DNA of 64,000 nt from Calditrichia bacterium (GCA_963796965.1 CAWCNS010000007.1:832001-896000); one strand, 5' to 3'; numbered from the stretch's first letter, positions 40,554 to 52,013 are shown. Translations and numbers: made by a program. The notes: generated from the letters alone by a model not told the origin.

Positions 40554-41573
40554 TTAAAACAGAATTAGAAAAAGTTATTGCTGGGAATGACCTAAGTTTT
40601 GATGAATCTCATCAACTAATGTTAAACATTATGAGTGGTGAAGAGAATAATTCGCAGATTGCTGCCCTATTAACAGCTTTAAAGATCAAAGGGGAAGTTC
40701 CTGAGGAGGTAGCAGGATTCGCAAAAGCGATGCGCGATAAAAGTCTTAAAATTGAACATAAACACTAACGATCTAGTCGATGTCTGTGGCACCGGCGGTG
40801 ATAATTCAGGTACTTTTAATATTTCTACAACCACTGCATTCGTGGTTGCCGGTGCCGGTATAAAGGTGGCAAAACATGGAAACCGTTCCATTTCATCTAG
40901 CAGCGGTAGTGCAGATGTTTTAACTGAGCTAGGTATCAATATCAGTCTATCTCCACAAAACTCTGCCAAAGCAATTGAGGAAATTGGCATCTCATTTTTA
41001 TTTGCTCCTGATTACCATCCGGCCATGAAGTATGTTGGACCAGTACGTAAAGAATTAGCCATGAAAACCGTGTTTAATATTCTTGGACCACTCACCAATC
41101 CGGCTGGTACAAAAAAACAGATGATTGGCACCTTCAATGATCGAACTGCTGAGATAATGGCAAAAGCAGCTGTATGGCTGGAGATGGAAAAAGTTTGCTT
41201 TGTTTGCAGTCATAATAAATATGATGAGATCTTTCTTTCTGGAGAAACCCGTCTCTTCGAGTACTCGAAGCAAAAGGGAATCCGGATCAGAAATATTACA
41301 CACGAGGATTTTGATTTACCTTCTGTTGAAATGGCACAAATACAGGGAAGTACGCCAGCTCATAATGCTGAGATATTATCCAATATCTTGACGGGGAGTG
41401 AAAAGGGTGCACCCTATTACGTCACTATTGCCAACGCGGCAATGGCGATTTTTGCAGCAGATGATTCCATTGATTTATTGTCCTGTGCACAGACAGCAAA
41501 AGATTCGATTGATTCTGGTAAAGCTATGGAAAAGTTAATCGAATTACGAAAATTCGGAGAACGAAGAGCATGA
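40550..41573 (+). CDS. trpD: Anthranilate phosphoribosyltransferase (one frameshift near 40760)
   Basis: N-terminal helical domain (KGE) plus DVCGTGGD, FNIST, KHGNRS and LGPLTNP. Confidence 0.95.
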
Positions 41574-42364
41574 GTATTCTGGATAAAATAATCGAAGTAA
41601 AAAAGGAAGAAGTTGCCCATTTAAGACGTGATTTTAACCTATCCCGATTTTCCGATTCCGATTTATTTGAGCAGAATACACTAAAATTTGGCGATTCCCT
41701 AAAAAATAAAGAGGATATCGGTATCATTGCAGAGATTAAAAAAGCAAGCCCTTCAAGGGGTTTGATCAAAGAGGATTTTGACCATTTGAAAATAGCCGAT
41801 ATCTACTTCAACAATGAGGTGGATGCAGTTTCTGTTTTAACAGACAAGCACTTCTTTCAAGGTGATATTACTTTTTTAAATGATATCGCACAGATAAAAG
41901 GAGCCCCGCTTTTAAGAAAAGATTTTATTATTGATGAATTTCAGATCTACGAAGCCAGATCTAATGGCGCAGACATTATCCTGCTTATTGCGGAGGTGCT
42001 TTCTGAGAATCAAATCCAGGAATTAACCCATGCAGCTTATGAGATCAATCTGGACGTCTTGTTGGAATTTCATTCCGAGGATCAGATATCCAAGATCAAC
42101 TTTGATTTTAATAAATTAATTGGGATAAATAACCGCAATCTGGAAAATTTTATGACAGATTTAAATACAACAAATCAAATATCAGAAAAACTTTCTGATG
42201 ATATAATATTGGTATCCGAAAGTGGTATTAAAACCGAGGAAGATATTAACGTTTTAAAAAAAACAAAAACCAAAGCAATATTAGTTGGTGAACATCTCAT
42301 GTCTTCTGAAGATAGTGACCGTTCTCTAAAAGAATTAAAAGATTGGTGTCACCATGCAGGTTAA
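41570..42364 (+). CDS. trpC: Indole-3-glycerol phosphate synthase
   Basis: IAEIKKASPSRG, LRKDFI, GINNRNL, VSESGI. Confidence 0.97.
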   Translation: MSILDKIIEVKKEEVAHLRRDFNLSRFSDSDLFEQNTLKFGDSLKNKEDIGIIAEIKKASPSRGLIKEDFDHLKIADIYFNNEVDAVSVLTDKHFFQGDITFLNDIAQIKGAPLLRKDFIIDEFQIYEARSNGADIILLIAEVLSENQIQELTHAAYEINLDVLLEFHSEDQISKINFDFNKLIGINNRNLENFMTDLNTTNQISEKLSDDIILVSESGIKTEEDINVLKKTKTKAILVGEHLMSSEDSDRSLKELKDWCHHAG

Positions 42365-42963
42365 AATTTGTGGTATAACCAATGTAGCTGACGCGCTACT
42401 CTGTCAGGAATTAGGTGCCCATGCATTGGGATTTATCTTTTATCCAAAGAGTAAGCGATTCATTCCACCGGAAAAAGCAACAGATATTATAAATCAATTA
42501 TCTCTCTTTACAAATAAAGTGGGTGTATTTGTAGATGAAGAGCCCGACTTTATTAATGATATGGCAAAGGCGGTTGGATTAACCTCTGTTCAAGTTCATA
42601 GTGAGGAAACACCCGAGATATTGGAAAAAATTAATTACCCGGTTATTAAATCATTTAGAGTCGATCCTGTATTTGATTTTACACAGTTGGCTCCTTATGA
42701 GAAACATACACTACTCCTCGACACCTATTCAGATAAGGAATTCGGAGGAACGGGGACAACTTTTAATTGGCAGAAAATACCGGAGGAGAATTAGATCAAA
42801 AATTATTCTTGCCGGTGGTATCTCATCTGATAACATAGAGAAGATTTCTCTTGAGATTAAGCCCTTAGCCGTTGATCTTTCTTCCTCAGTTGAGATATCT
42901 CCCGGCAAAAAAGATTCGGCTAAACTTGAAACCTTTTTTGCCAAGCTAAATATTTTAAGGTAA
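42354..42963 (+). CDS. trpF: Phosphoribosylanthranilate isomerase (frameshift near 42790)
   Basis: VKICGIT, LLDT..FGGTG; LAGG and VDLSSSVE in the second frame. Confidence 0.93.
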
Positions 42964-42977
42964 TTGGAAAAATGTCT

Positions 42978-43211
42978 TTCTCACGCAAAGACGCGGAGAC
43001 GCAAAGAGGTATTATATCTAAAGTCAAGTTAGTGAAATTGAAAAAAGGAGATAAAAGAACTACTTTTTATATAATTCAAATTTAGAAGATGTCATTCCGC
43101 CTGCCTGAGGCGGATTGAATTCTGAATACTACAAAGATGCTGAAACAAGTTCAGCATGACAAGACTAAATATTATATTATTTCTTAGCGTCTCTGCGTCT
43201 TTGCGTGAGAA
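42978..43211. repeat. A-family element (29-bp arms, 2 mismatches) enclosing a C-type unit at 43090-43161
   Basis: ttctcacgcaaagacgcggagacgcaaag / cttagcgtctctgcgtctttgcgtgagaa; inner tgtcattccgcctgcctgaggcgga...atgctgaaacaagttcagcatgaca. Confidence 0.9.
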
Positions 43212-43244
43212 TAAAAAAATAAAACATTTAATAGTAAACTGAAT

Positions 43245-44456
43245 ATGAGCACAAAACAAAAATACAACTACCCTGACCAGAATGGGAAATTTGGTATATT
43301 TGGCGGGCGATATGTACCTGAAACCTTGATGGCCGCCCTAAATGAATTAGAGCATTTGTTTCATCGAGCTATGATGGACCCCGTTTTCCTAAACGAATTG
43401 GAAGATCTCCAAAAAAACTATAATGGCCGACCAACACCGCTAACCTATGCTTCACGCCTGACCAAACATTATGGAAAGGCAAAAATCTATTTAAAGCGGG
43501 AAGATCTTTGCCACACGGGAGCCCACAAACTAAACAATGCATTGGGACAGATCCTTCTCGCCCGAAAAACGGGTAAAAAACGAATTATCGCTGAAACCGG
43601 TGCGGGCCAGCATGGAGTCGCAACAGCCACCGTTTGTGCAAAGTTCGGCCTTCAATGTATTGTATATATGGGTGAGGTCGATGTTGAACGCCAGGCTTTG
43701 AATGTTTTCCGCATGAAGATGCTTGGAGCGGAGGTTATTCCAGTAAAATCGGGGACACGCACTCTTAAAGACGCCACTAATGAAGCCATTCGTGATTGGG
43801 TAACCAATGTGGAATCAACCCACTATATAATCGGATCTGTGGTTGGTCCTCATCCCTACCCCATGATCGTGCGGGAATTTCAATCCATTATCGGAAAAGA
43901 AACAAAAGAGCAAATATTGGATGTTGAAGGAAGATTGCCCGATTATCTTCTAGCCTGTGTTGGAGGTGGTTCCAATGCCATTGGCATGTTTTATCCTTTT
44001 CTGGAAGATCACAAAGTTCACCTTATCGGTGTAGAGGCAGCCGGAGAGGGAATTGCGACGGAAAAGCATTGTGCCACCCTTACCCTTGGTACTATTGGCA
44101 TTTTTCAGGGGATGAAATCATATCTCCTTCAGAATGAATCTGGTCAGGTTTCTGAGGTACATTCAATCTCAGCAGGATTAGATTATCCAGGGGTTGGTCC
44201 GGAACATTCAGCACTCTCTGAAGATGATCGCGCCCGCTATGAATCGGTTACCGATACCGAAGCCATTAAGGCCACATCAAAATTATCAAAATACGAAGGT
44301 ATTCTTCCTGCCCTTGAAACGGCCCATGCGATTGCATATCTGGAAACCTTAATGTCAGAGACAAAAAAAGGTGAGATTGTTGTTGTAAATGTGAGTGGAC
44401 GCGGGGACAAAGATTTAAATACAATCATAGCAGAAATGGACAAGAAACAAAAATGA
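43245..44456 (+). CDS. trpB: Tryptophan synthase beta chain
   Basis: [44 protein letters not shown]. Confidence 0.98.
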   Translation: MSTKQKYNYPDQNGKFGIFGGRYVPETLMAALNELEHLFHRAMMDPVFLNELEDLQKNYNGRPTPLTYASRLTKHYGKAKIYLKREDLCHTGAHKLNNALGQILLARKTGKKRIIAETGAGQHGVATATVCAKFGLQCIVYMGEVDVERQALNVFRMKMLGAEVIPVKSGTRTLKDATNEAIRDWVTNVESTHYIIGSVVGPHPYPMIVREFQSIIGKETKEQILDVEGRLPDYLLACVGGGSNAIGMFYPFLEDHKVHLIGVEAAGEGIATEKHCATLTLGTIGIFQGMKSYLLQNESGQVSEVHSISAGLDYPGVGPEHSALSEDDRARYESVTDTEAIKATSKLSKYEGILPALETAHAIAYLETLMSETKKGEIVVVNVSGRGDKDLNTIIAEMDKKQK

Positions 44457-45244
44457 GCAAAATTTCAGAACATATACAACAATTGAATGATCAAAGTAGA
44501 AAAGCATTAACTGTATTTTTAACTGCTGGCTTTCCAGTAGCAGATAATTTTGTTGATTTAGCAGTTAATACATTTGAATCCGGTGCTGATTTATTAGAAA
44601 TTGGTATTCCCTTTAGTGACCCAATTGCCGATGGGCCAGTTATACAAAAATCTTCACAGATTGCCCTTAAAAATGGTGTAACCTTATCTACTGTGCTCAC
44701 CTATACAGAAAAAATAAAATCAAAAACAGATAAACCAATTATTTTGATGGGGTATGCGAATCCCATACTACATTTTGGATTGAAAGATTTTATCAATCAG
44801 GCAAAAAACTGCGGTGTCGATGGGTTAATTATACCGGATATCCCCATTGAAGAATATAACGATTTCTGGACCGAAGAAGCAGCCGGGATCGACAAGATAT
44901 TACTAACGACACCAACCTCTCCCGCGGAAAGAATCAGAAATATTGATCAACTAAGCAATGGCTTTGTATACTGTGTTAGCGTTACCGGTACAACGGGCAT
45001 GCAGGAGAAGTTCCAAGAAAGCAGTCTGGACAACCTGAATCGTACGTATAATATAATCAAAAATAATAAAATGCTGATTGGTTTTGGTATCTCCGGACCT
45101 GACGTAATAAAAAAATTCTCACCACACTGCGATGGTGTTATCGTGGGAAGTGCTGTAATCAATAAACTTCTTTCAGAAAAAGACAAGCAATGTCGGGAGA
45201 CCTGTGACTTTATTCGAGCGATGAGCAACGCATGTACAGCTTAA
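44453..45244 (+). CDS. trpA: Tryptophan synthase alpha chain
   Basis: [31 protein letters not shown]. Confidence 0.97.
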   Translation: MSKISEHIQQLNDQSRKALTVFLTAGFPVADNFVDLAVNTFESGADLLEIGIPFSDPIADGPVIQKSSQIALKNGVTLSTVLTYTEKIKSKTDKPIILMGYANPILHFGLKDFINQAKNCGVDGLIIPDIPIEEYNDFWTEEAAGIDKILLTTPTSPAERIRNIDQLSNGFVYCVSVTGTTGMQEKFQESSLDNLNRTYNIIKNNKMLIGFGISGPDVIKKFSPHCDGVIVGSAVINKLLSEKDKQCRETCDFIRAMSNACTA

Positions 45245-45419
45245 TCTCTCGCAAAGGCGCTAATATTCAAGAAAAAGGAAAAAAGAAAAAAGAACCAATT
45301 TTGTTTAAATAGTGAATCATGTGTAAGATTACAAATTAAAAACAAAATATTTATCTTTTGTCATTTTTCTTTTTTCCTTTGTCTAATTTTTCTCAGCGTT
45401 TCTGCATCTTTACGAGAGA
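45245..45419. repeat. A-family element starting directly after the trpA stop, with inner inverted purine/pyrimidine heptamer runs
   Basis: tctctcgcaaaggcgctaa / ctcagcgtttctgcatctttacgagaga; inner gaaaaaggaaaaaagaaaaaag / tttttcttttttccttt. Confidence 0.75.
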
Positions 45420-45471
45420 TGGAGAGGGTTTCACAAAATTTATTCATAACAGAATATGAGAGGACTATAAT

Positions 45472-45885
45472 ATGAATTTATTATTTATGACCCATTCGCA
45501 CTTTAGGTGGATACTTGTTATAGTGATTTTGGTTGCCTTTTTTAAATATCTAAGTGGTTGGTTGGGGGGATCAAAATATTCCAAATTTGATGATATTATT
45601 TTTAAAAGTTTTTCAGGAATAGTTGACTTGCAGGTATTATTAGGATTGACTTTTCTAATTTGGAATGGTTTAGAGGGTGCGGGATTTCCACGTTTTCGAC
45701 TGGAGCATAGTTTTTTAATGATTATTGCTGCTGTATTACCGCATCTAAGCAAACGATGGAAAAATTCAACAGACACAATTCGTTTTCGGAACGGCTTTAT
45801 TATCATTTTAGCAACAGCGTTATTAATATTCGTTGGTGTTGTAATGCTTCCCGGAGGGCTCCATCGCTGGAGTATGGGTGGATAA
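45472..45885 (+). CDS. Small four-TM membrane protein (HSxxRW, D.Q...G and EH motifs)
   Basis: Hydrophobic segments with conserved-looking His residues; GAGG RBS. Confidence 0.7.
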   Translation: MNLLFMTHSHFRWILVIVILVAFFKYLSGWLGGSKYSKFDDIIFKSFSGIVDLQVLLGLTFLIWNGLEGAGFPRFRLEHSFLMIIAAVLPHLSKRWKNSTDTIRFRNGFIIILATALLIFVGVVMLPGGLHRWSMGG

Positions 45886-45898
45886 CCTGTATTTGTTT

Positions 45899-46071
45899 AT
45901 AACGCAAAGACGCAAAGTAGGCGCAAAGGTCGCAGAGATAATTGAACTAAACTCTATTTTGTCATCCCGTTCCGGGACAGAATGACATAAGTATATAAAA
46001 ACAATAAATTCGTGAAATTCGTAATAATTAGTGGATAAAACCCCTCTGCGACGTTGCGGCGCTGCGTGAAA
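45899..46071. repeat. A+C+B composite element between convergent genes
   Basis: taacgcaaagacgcaaagtaggcgcaaaggtcgcagag; collapsed C unit tgtcatcccgttccgggacagaatgaca; aattcgtgaaattcgtaataattagtggat; ctctgcgacgttgcggcgctgcgtgaaa. Confidence 0.88.
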
Positions 46072-46080
46072 CATTGTATT

Positions 46081-46602
46081 TTAAAAGATACGTTTAAACA
46101 TATTCTCTTTGCGAAGAATAAAATGTTTAACAACCCCTGCAACATGAAACGCCAACAGGATCATAATAATAGTTGCTAATAATCCATGCGCCTTCAGCGG
46201 TGGAATTTCCCCATGAGGTTTCATTAATTCAGGCGCTCCATTCAATAGCGCATCACCATAGCCCCCAAGAACCATTACACTAAAGCCACTGATAGTAAGT
46301 CCTAAAAGCACAATATAAAAGGAATTGTGGATCCAAACGACAAGTTTATCGTTGAATTTTGATCCGGTTTGTGCTCTCTCAGGGCGCTCATGTTTGAAGA
46401 AAAAATAAATCCGAAATAATGTCAGAACCAGGACAATGTTTCCCAATATTGCATGGAACTGCACAAGATCCATTTTATCGGCCGGATTCAACCCATCCAT
46501 GAATTTTCCCAAAGGGAAAAGTATCAGAACCAAAATTGCTGTAAACCAATGTACAATTCGAGTGCCAAGGCTGTATTTTTTATTTAGATCATTCAAAGAC
46601 AT
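46081..46602 (-). CDS. Cytochrome b561-family membrane protein
   Basis: Y...R..HW, H...G and H..LA......HV.G..KH haem-ligand pattern. Confidence 0.85.
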   Translation of the reverse strand: MSLNDLNKKYSLGTRIVHWFTAILVLILFPLGKFMDGLNPADKMDLVQFHAILGNIVLVLTLFRIYFFFKHERPERAQTGSKFNDKLVVWIHNSFYIVLLGLTISGFSVMVLGGYGDALLNGAPELMKPHGEIPPLKAHGLLATIIMILLAFHVAGVVKHFILRKENMFKRIF

Positions 46603-46731
46603 AGTAAATCCTTTCTGTAAAATTTATGTTACACAGAGTATATTATGGAAGGTCCAATGCAAAAGATCAAATAGCAAATCAGGATTAAAAACCCAAGAAT
46701 TAATAACATAAACATATTTTTTTGTAAACAA

Positions 46732-47000
46732 TTAATTGATTTCATTATCCTCCTGATGCTTCAACCAATGAAAAAGATAGGCTGTCGCAGCTGCAAATCC
46801 TGTATAGTGTCCTTCTACCGCCCTTTGAGTATGTTTATCTTCCCAATAGGTCCCTTTTATACTAGCATTTTCATCATACCTTTTGTAAAGTTTGATTTAT
46901 CAATAGGCACAACATCATTATTATTAAGATTCAGACTATCACAGGATATGAAAATGGACGTAAAACTTAAAATATAAACGATATTTATTAATTGCTTCAT
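46732..47000 (-). pseudogene. Small lipoprotein or gene remnant (~89 aa if one frameshift is corrected)
   Basis: MKQLINIVYILSFTSIFIS-C lipobox. The first frame stops at 46857; a shifted frame continues YDENASIKGTYWEDKH...LFHWLKHQEDNEIN*. Confidence 0.45.
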
Positions 47001-47112
47001 TAAAATATTTTTCATTTAATCACAGTGATCAAAATGATTCAGTGAAATTCCGTGGCCAAAACAAGTTTGTAAATATCTCAGATTCGTCCGCAATATTATA
47101 CATGATCCTTTA

Positions 47113-47790
47113 TTAAGACTCATTTCCTAAAAATGTGGCGATATCTTCCAGATCATATTTGGAAATTTTTGGTACTTTTGCATCTTTTGCAGGATAACCA
47201 GCAACCAAAATAAGGAAGGGCTTTTCATTCGATGGACGATCAAGGACCTTGTTCAAAAATCCCATCGGACTTGGCGTATGCGTCAGGGTGACCAGACCCG
47301 ATAAATGCAAGGCTGTTATCAGCATACCCGTGGCAATACCCACGGATTCTAAGGGATAATAATTTTTAATTTTGTTATCGTTATCATCAAAAGTGAATTT
47401 TTTCAAAAATACAACTATTAGATAAGGAGCCATTTCAAGAAAGGGCTTATTCTCGTCCGTACCCAGATGTTCAAGGGCCTGTAACCACTCTTTTGTAGCC
47501 CGTTGACGATAAAACGCACGCTCTTCTTCTTCGGCTGCTTCCCGGATTTTTTTCTTTATTTCCCTGTTAGAAACGACAACAAAATGCCAGGGCTGTAAGT
47601 TTGCTCCATTTGGCGCTGTACCGGCCACCCTGATGGCATTCTGAATCACTTCTTCCGGAACGGGACGATCGGAGAAGTCCCGAATAGTTCGCCTGCGTTT
47701 CATCTCCTGATAAAAATTCTGGGACTTCAGAACCATATCATCGCTGTTTTTCTCACTATATTCCAAAGGGATAAAAGTTGGTTTCGTCAT
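47113..47790 (-). CDS. Nitroreductase superfamily, iodotyrosine deiodinase-like
   Basis: RRTIRDFS, AGTAPNGANLQPW, AEEEE..FY, KPFLE.APYLIVVF, ESVGIA, TLTHTPSPM. Confidence 0.85.
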   Translation of the reverse strand: MTKPTFIPLEYSEKNSDDMVLKSQNFYQEMKRRRTIRDFSDRPVPEEVIQNAIRVAGTAPNGANLQPWHFVVVSNREIKKKIREAAEEEERAFYRQRATKEWLQALEHLGTDENKPFLEMAPYLIVVFLKKFTFDDNDNKIKNYYPLESVGIATGMLITALHLSGLVTLTHTPSPMGFLNKVLDRPSNEKPFLILVAGYPAKDAKVPKISKYDLEDIATFLGNES

Positions 47791-47817
47791 ATAATTCTAT
47801 CCAGATATTATAATGTT

Positions 47818-48870
47818 TCAGACATTGATTTCTTTTAGGATATAGCTAGTGGGATCACCAACACCCAATTCACCCGCATAGGCAAATGTATCTTTTGTAA
47901 AACCCAGATCATAAGGCGGATAAACTTCTTTTAAAACCTTTGCTGCACATATATCTGCCGCGAGAGAATCTCCGCTGATAATAAGACAATTCGCCTCTTT
48001 CGGCATACCTGTCCCAACACTCAGGTGATCCTTACATAAAATTTTTCGTGCATCAATTATCGTCATATCCGGATTTGCGGCCATGGCGGCTTCAGCAATG
48101 GTTCGACACAATCTTTTTGTCACCTCATCTTTGGGCATCGATTCCCGTCTATTTTTATTATTCTCCCCCCAAAGATGCATATTATTGGTGGTATCAGCAT
48201 CAAGAACACCCATCATATTTTTTAAAGAACAGGTTAGGTTGGTAATTGAGTGGCGTTTTAAAGTGGGCATATTAATGATGAGATCGGTATCATATATCTT
48301 TTTGAGAACACCGATAGAGGGCATTTCTTTCCATCTATCATCTCGTACCTGTATCGCCTCAGCCACACCATCATCCATTAGCGAATCCGTACTAAATCGA
48401 CCCGTCTCTGCTTTTTTATTTAGACCGCTCCATTCAAATTTTCCACCGGCCCTCCCCTTCACTTTTTTTGCCCTTCGATCAGCCACAGTTATATTCTCAT
48501 ATCCTTCGCTTTGCAATTGCCTGACGGTTGTTAATACAGAATCAACATCGGTCGTTGTGGGATATTTAGTTCTTTTGTCAAAAACAAAATTTGGTTTGAT
48601 TATGATAGATTTTTGCTGGCCAAATTTGGAGAAACCTCCTAATTCGGCCATACCCCTTGCCAGCATATCGGGATAACTTTGTCCACGGACAATGAGAACC
48701 AGCGGTTTTCCATTTTCTGTATATGGATTAGGCTGACGGTTGCGGATAGGATGGTTAAGATTCAAGACCTTTTCATTTCCTGCTATACTGTTAATGATAG
48801 CCGGACCTGCCACACATAGCCCTAACGCCTGACCTAGAAATTTTCTTCGTGTCTGTTCATTTTTATCCAC
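47818..48870 (-). CDS. DUF362 domain protein with Tat-like signal
   Basis: TRRKFL signal; IKPNF, PTTT, INMPTLKRH, TCSLKNMMG. Confidence 0.8.
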   Translation of the reverse strand: MDKNEQTRRKFLGQALGLCVAGPAIINSIAGNEKVLNLNHPIRNRQPNPYTENGKPLVLIVRGQSYPDMLARGMAELGGFSKFGQQKSIIIKPNFVFDKRTKYPTTTDVDSVLTTVRQLQSEGYENITVADRRAKKVKGRAGGKFEWSGLNKKAETGRFSTDSLMDDGVAEAIQVRDDRWKEMPSIGVLKKIYDTDLIINMPTLKRHSITNLTCSLKNMMGVLDADTTNNMHLWGENNKNRRESMPKDEVTKRLCRTIAEAAMAANPDMTIIDARKILCKDHLSVGTGMPKEANCLIISGDSLAADICAAKVLKEVYPPYDLGFTKDTFAYAGELGVGDPTSYILKEINV

Positions 48871-49072
48871 GTTAGATCTCCAAACTAATCTTTAACATTC
48901 TCAAAACAACTTAGAAAATATAGATTATCAAACCCTTAAAAAAAAACAAAATATAGATGAATTATCAAATCAAAGCAAAGATTTAGACTCTGATGTCATT
49001 GATTTTCAACAAAGATATTCTTATATATGGCCTGATTTTAGCATGGACAAAATGAGAATCGTGGAAATAATT

Positions 49073-49397
49073 AAACTGCTTCGCAGTTTGGAACTAATGG
49101 GTTGCTTATGTCTTCGGGTTGTACCCGAAGTTATTCATATTTAACTGCTTTGCAGTTAAACTGAAGTTTAATAATCATCCATAACTTTCAGGATTATTTT
49201 AAGAAATATTGTATTGATGTCTAAATAAAGTTGTCTCGTCCTAATAGAATCGTAATATGAAAAAATGATAATGAAGATAAGAAAATACTTACAATGATAA
49301 TAAACAATTTAATTCCGAAGGAATTGAACATGAATAACCCCGATTGAAAATCGGGGAGAATAAATACAAAGAATTCATTAACTCTGAAAGAGTTGAA
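49073..49397. repeat. Inverted pair of triple-hairpin units (REPIN-like)
   Basis: Left unit 49073-49160 and right unit 49308-49397 share the ATGAATAAC linker and three triloop hairpins with different stem sequences. Confidence 0.8.
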
Positions 49398-49481
49398 TTT
49401 TTAAATATGTCTGTTAAATCGTTAATTAAGAAATCATTTTATAAATATTTTAAATTGGCTTTAAATTTAAATGGATTAAAT

Positions 49482-51762
49482 ATGAGAAATTCAATTTGGA
49501 CTTTACAACTAGGGATGATAATCCTATTTATATCTTGTTCTAATGATGGCATCCATAAGAACGATTCAAATCAACCCATATATATTGATAGACCTTACAT
49601 ACAAGATTATGCTATCAAATACAACTTCATAAATACGAATGTATCTCCAAAAAAAGTTTATACTGATCGAAATGGTGTCGTTCAAATCCTTGCTTCGAAT
49701 CAGCTCTATCGTCCCAACAACGGACATTTCCAATATCCGGGAACTATAGTGCCAGATATTAGATTCAGACCAATGGCGGATAAATCTATTACCGACATGA
49801 TTATCTATGAGAATCAATTTGTTTATTTAGATGAAAATGCCGTTTTGAGTAATGCATGGGCGGGAAAATTATACGTCAAACATCAATTGCCCGCAGCAAA
49901 GATTCTATGTGCCGGGTCTCAATTTTCCTTTTTGATATCGGATGGCAATAATCTTATATACCTCAACGACTCTAAAATAATATGGGAAGAAACTCTGCCG
50001 AATACTCGAGTATTATCCATCAAATACAATAAATTTGGGAATGAGTTCCTTATACTAACTGAAAAAGATCTATTCTCATTAGCAACAACCAAAGGTTTCC
50101 TCCAATCATTATATATGGGCGTTAACCTAACTTGTTTTGAAACGATCAATGAAGGTAAAACAATCATAACTAGGTACATCAGATGGTTATTTTGAAATGA
50201 CAAGAGATAAACACCTTCTTAGTGATAAATTCAATAAGCTACCCTGGCCGGAGTTGACCCAGGTAAAGGAAATAGATGGGAACCTATGGTTCGGTTCCAG
50301 TCGCGGCGCCTTTATGTTGCGCGAAGATGGAAAATTTAATTATTATTATGGCCAACGCTGGCTACCTGGAAATGAGGTTGTTCATATAGCCAAAGGTCCT
50401 GACAATTCGGTTCTAATCCTTACAAATAAGGGCCTGGGGCAAATTGTTTTCGAAGAAATGAGCCTTGAAGAGAAAGCACTTCGATACGAAAAGCAGGTCC
50501 GCCAGCGTCAGATCCGGTATGGTATAAATAGTAATGTTACCAGGTTAAAGGATCATGACCTATCTACAGCTGAAAATCGGGTGGCAGATAGTGATAATCT
50601 ATGGACCGGTATGTATTTGGGTAGCCAGTTGTTTCGTTATCTGGCAACCGGATCAAATGAAGCAAAACAGAATTGTTATGAAGCTTTTGAGGCAATGGAA
50701 CGTATGCATACCATCAACGGTATAGAAGGACTTTTTGGGCGTTCTTTTGAACGTCGTGGTTACCAGCCTTTTCGAAAAGAATTTCGCTCCTATGTGGATC
50801 ATTTTTGGTATGAGGGATACCAGGGAACGATCAGTTGGCGTCATGCCGATGATCCGGAATGGGATTGGCGTGCTTCCGCCAGCAGCGACCAGACCATTGG
50901 ACAGATCTTTGCCATGACATTGATCGCAGAATATATAGATGACGAAGAGTGGCGCAACCGGGCCATCAATCTTCTTGATGGGTTGATGGGCTATATTGTA
51001 GAAAATGATCTCTGTCTTATCGATTACAATGGCTTACCCACATTATGGGGTCGATGGCATCCGCAATATGTTAATCGTTTTGGTACCATGATCGGCGATC
51101 GCAAAATTTGCTCATCAAATATTATCGCCTTTTTACAAACCGCTTACCGCTTCACGGGAAAAGAAATCTATAAAGAGAAAGCATTTGAGTTGATAGATAG
51201 TCATGGATACCTCGAAAATCTAATGCGACCGTTTAGCGAAATCGGACCTGCCCCTGAGGATGCCGATGCCTGGAGTAAAATGTTATCGGAGGAATGGAAT
51301 CATTCCGATGATGAAATGTACTTTCTCGCCTATTGGGGTTTATTTCCCTATGCTTTTAATGATACATTAAAAGAAAAGTATCGTAAAGCTATAAAAGATC
51401 ATTGGATATATGAACGTCCGGAGAAAAATGCTTTGTGGAATTTTTGTTACGCCATGACAGGTGCTACTGAATTTGATTTAGAAGAATCTATCTGGCATCT
51501 CAAGGAATTTCCACTAGATATGATCCAATATGAAACTAAAAACAGCCACAGGAAAGATATTACGTTTGTTGAGAAAAATTTCTGGGGTCAAACAACAGCA
51601 GAAGTCTTACCGCCAGATGAACGTCCCGAATTAAAACATAATCGTAGTTTATTTAACCTCGATGCTGGAGACCGGCAGAGTGAATTGAGCGCTGGCGATA
51701 CTTTTTTATTGCCTTACTGGATGGGGCGATTTCTCGGGGTGATTAGCGCTCCACAAAACTAG
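49482..51762 (+). CDS. Large lipoprotein: propeller-like N-terminus and helical (alpha/alpha barrel-like) C-terminus; frameshift near 50170
   Basis: LFIS-C lipobox; LWFGSSRGA, RWLP, DSDNLWT, WRASASSDQ and FLLPYWMGRF continue across two ORFs. Confidence 0.7.
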
Positions 51763-52013
51763 TCCACGAATTACACGAATTATCACTAATTTCACGAATT
51801 TTATGATTATTAAGATATAGAAAGGTGGTATTCCGAATATAGTTTTGTCATTCTGTCCCGGAATCGAGATCCTGATTGGAGATAAGAATATTCCATCTGT
51901 CGATATTGTCTTTACATGAAGAAAGATTCCTGTCCCGAAGCGCGATCCTGTTTCTGGACGGAATGAACTGAAATTATCACTTTTCGATTTTATAATTCGT
52001 ATAATTCGTGGAC
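51762..52013. repeat. B-family element (22-bp arms, 1 mismatch) enclosing an inverted C unit at 51846-51967
   Basis: gtccacgaattacacgaattat / ataattcgtataattcgtggac; the inner unit is colinear with the reverse complement of 25531-25651. Confidence 0.9.

Noticed and set aside
40550..41573. trpD naturally split at its domain boundary
   Set aside because: The second ORF has only a TTG start without an RBS, one indel restores a normal TrpD, and the window has a high background indel rate.
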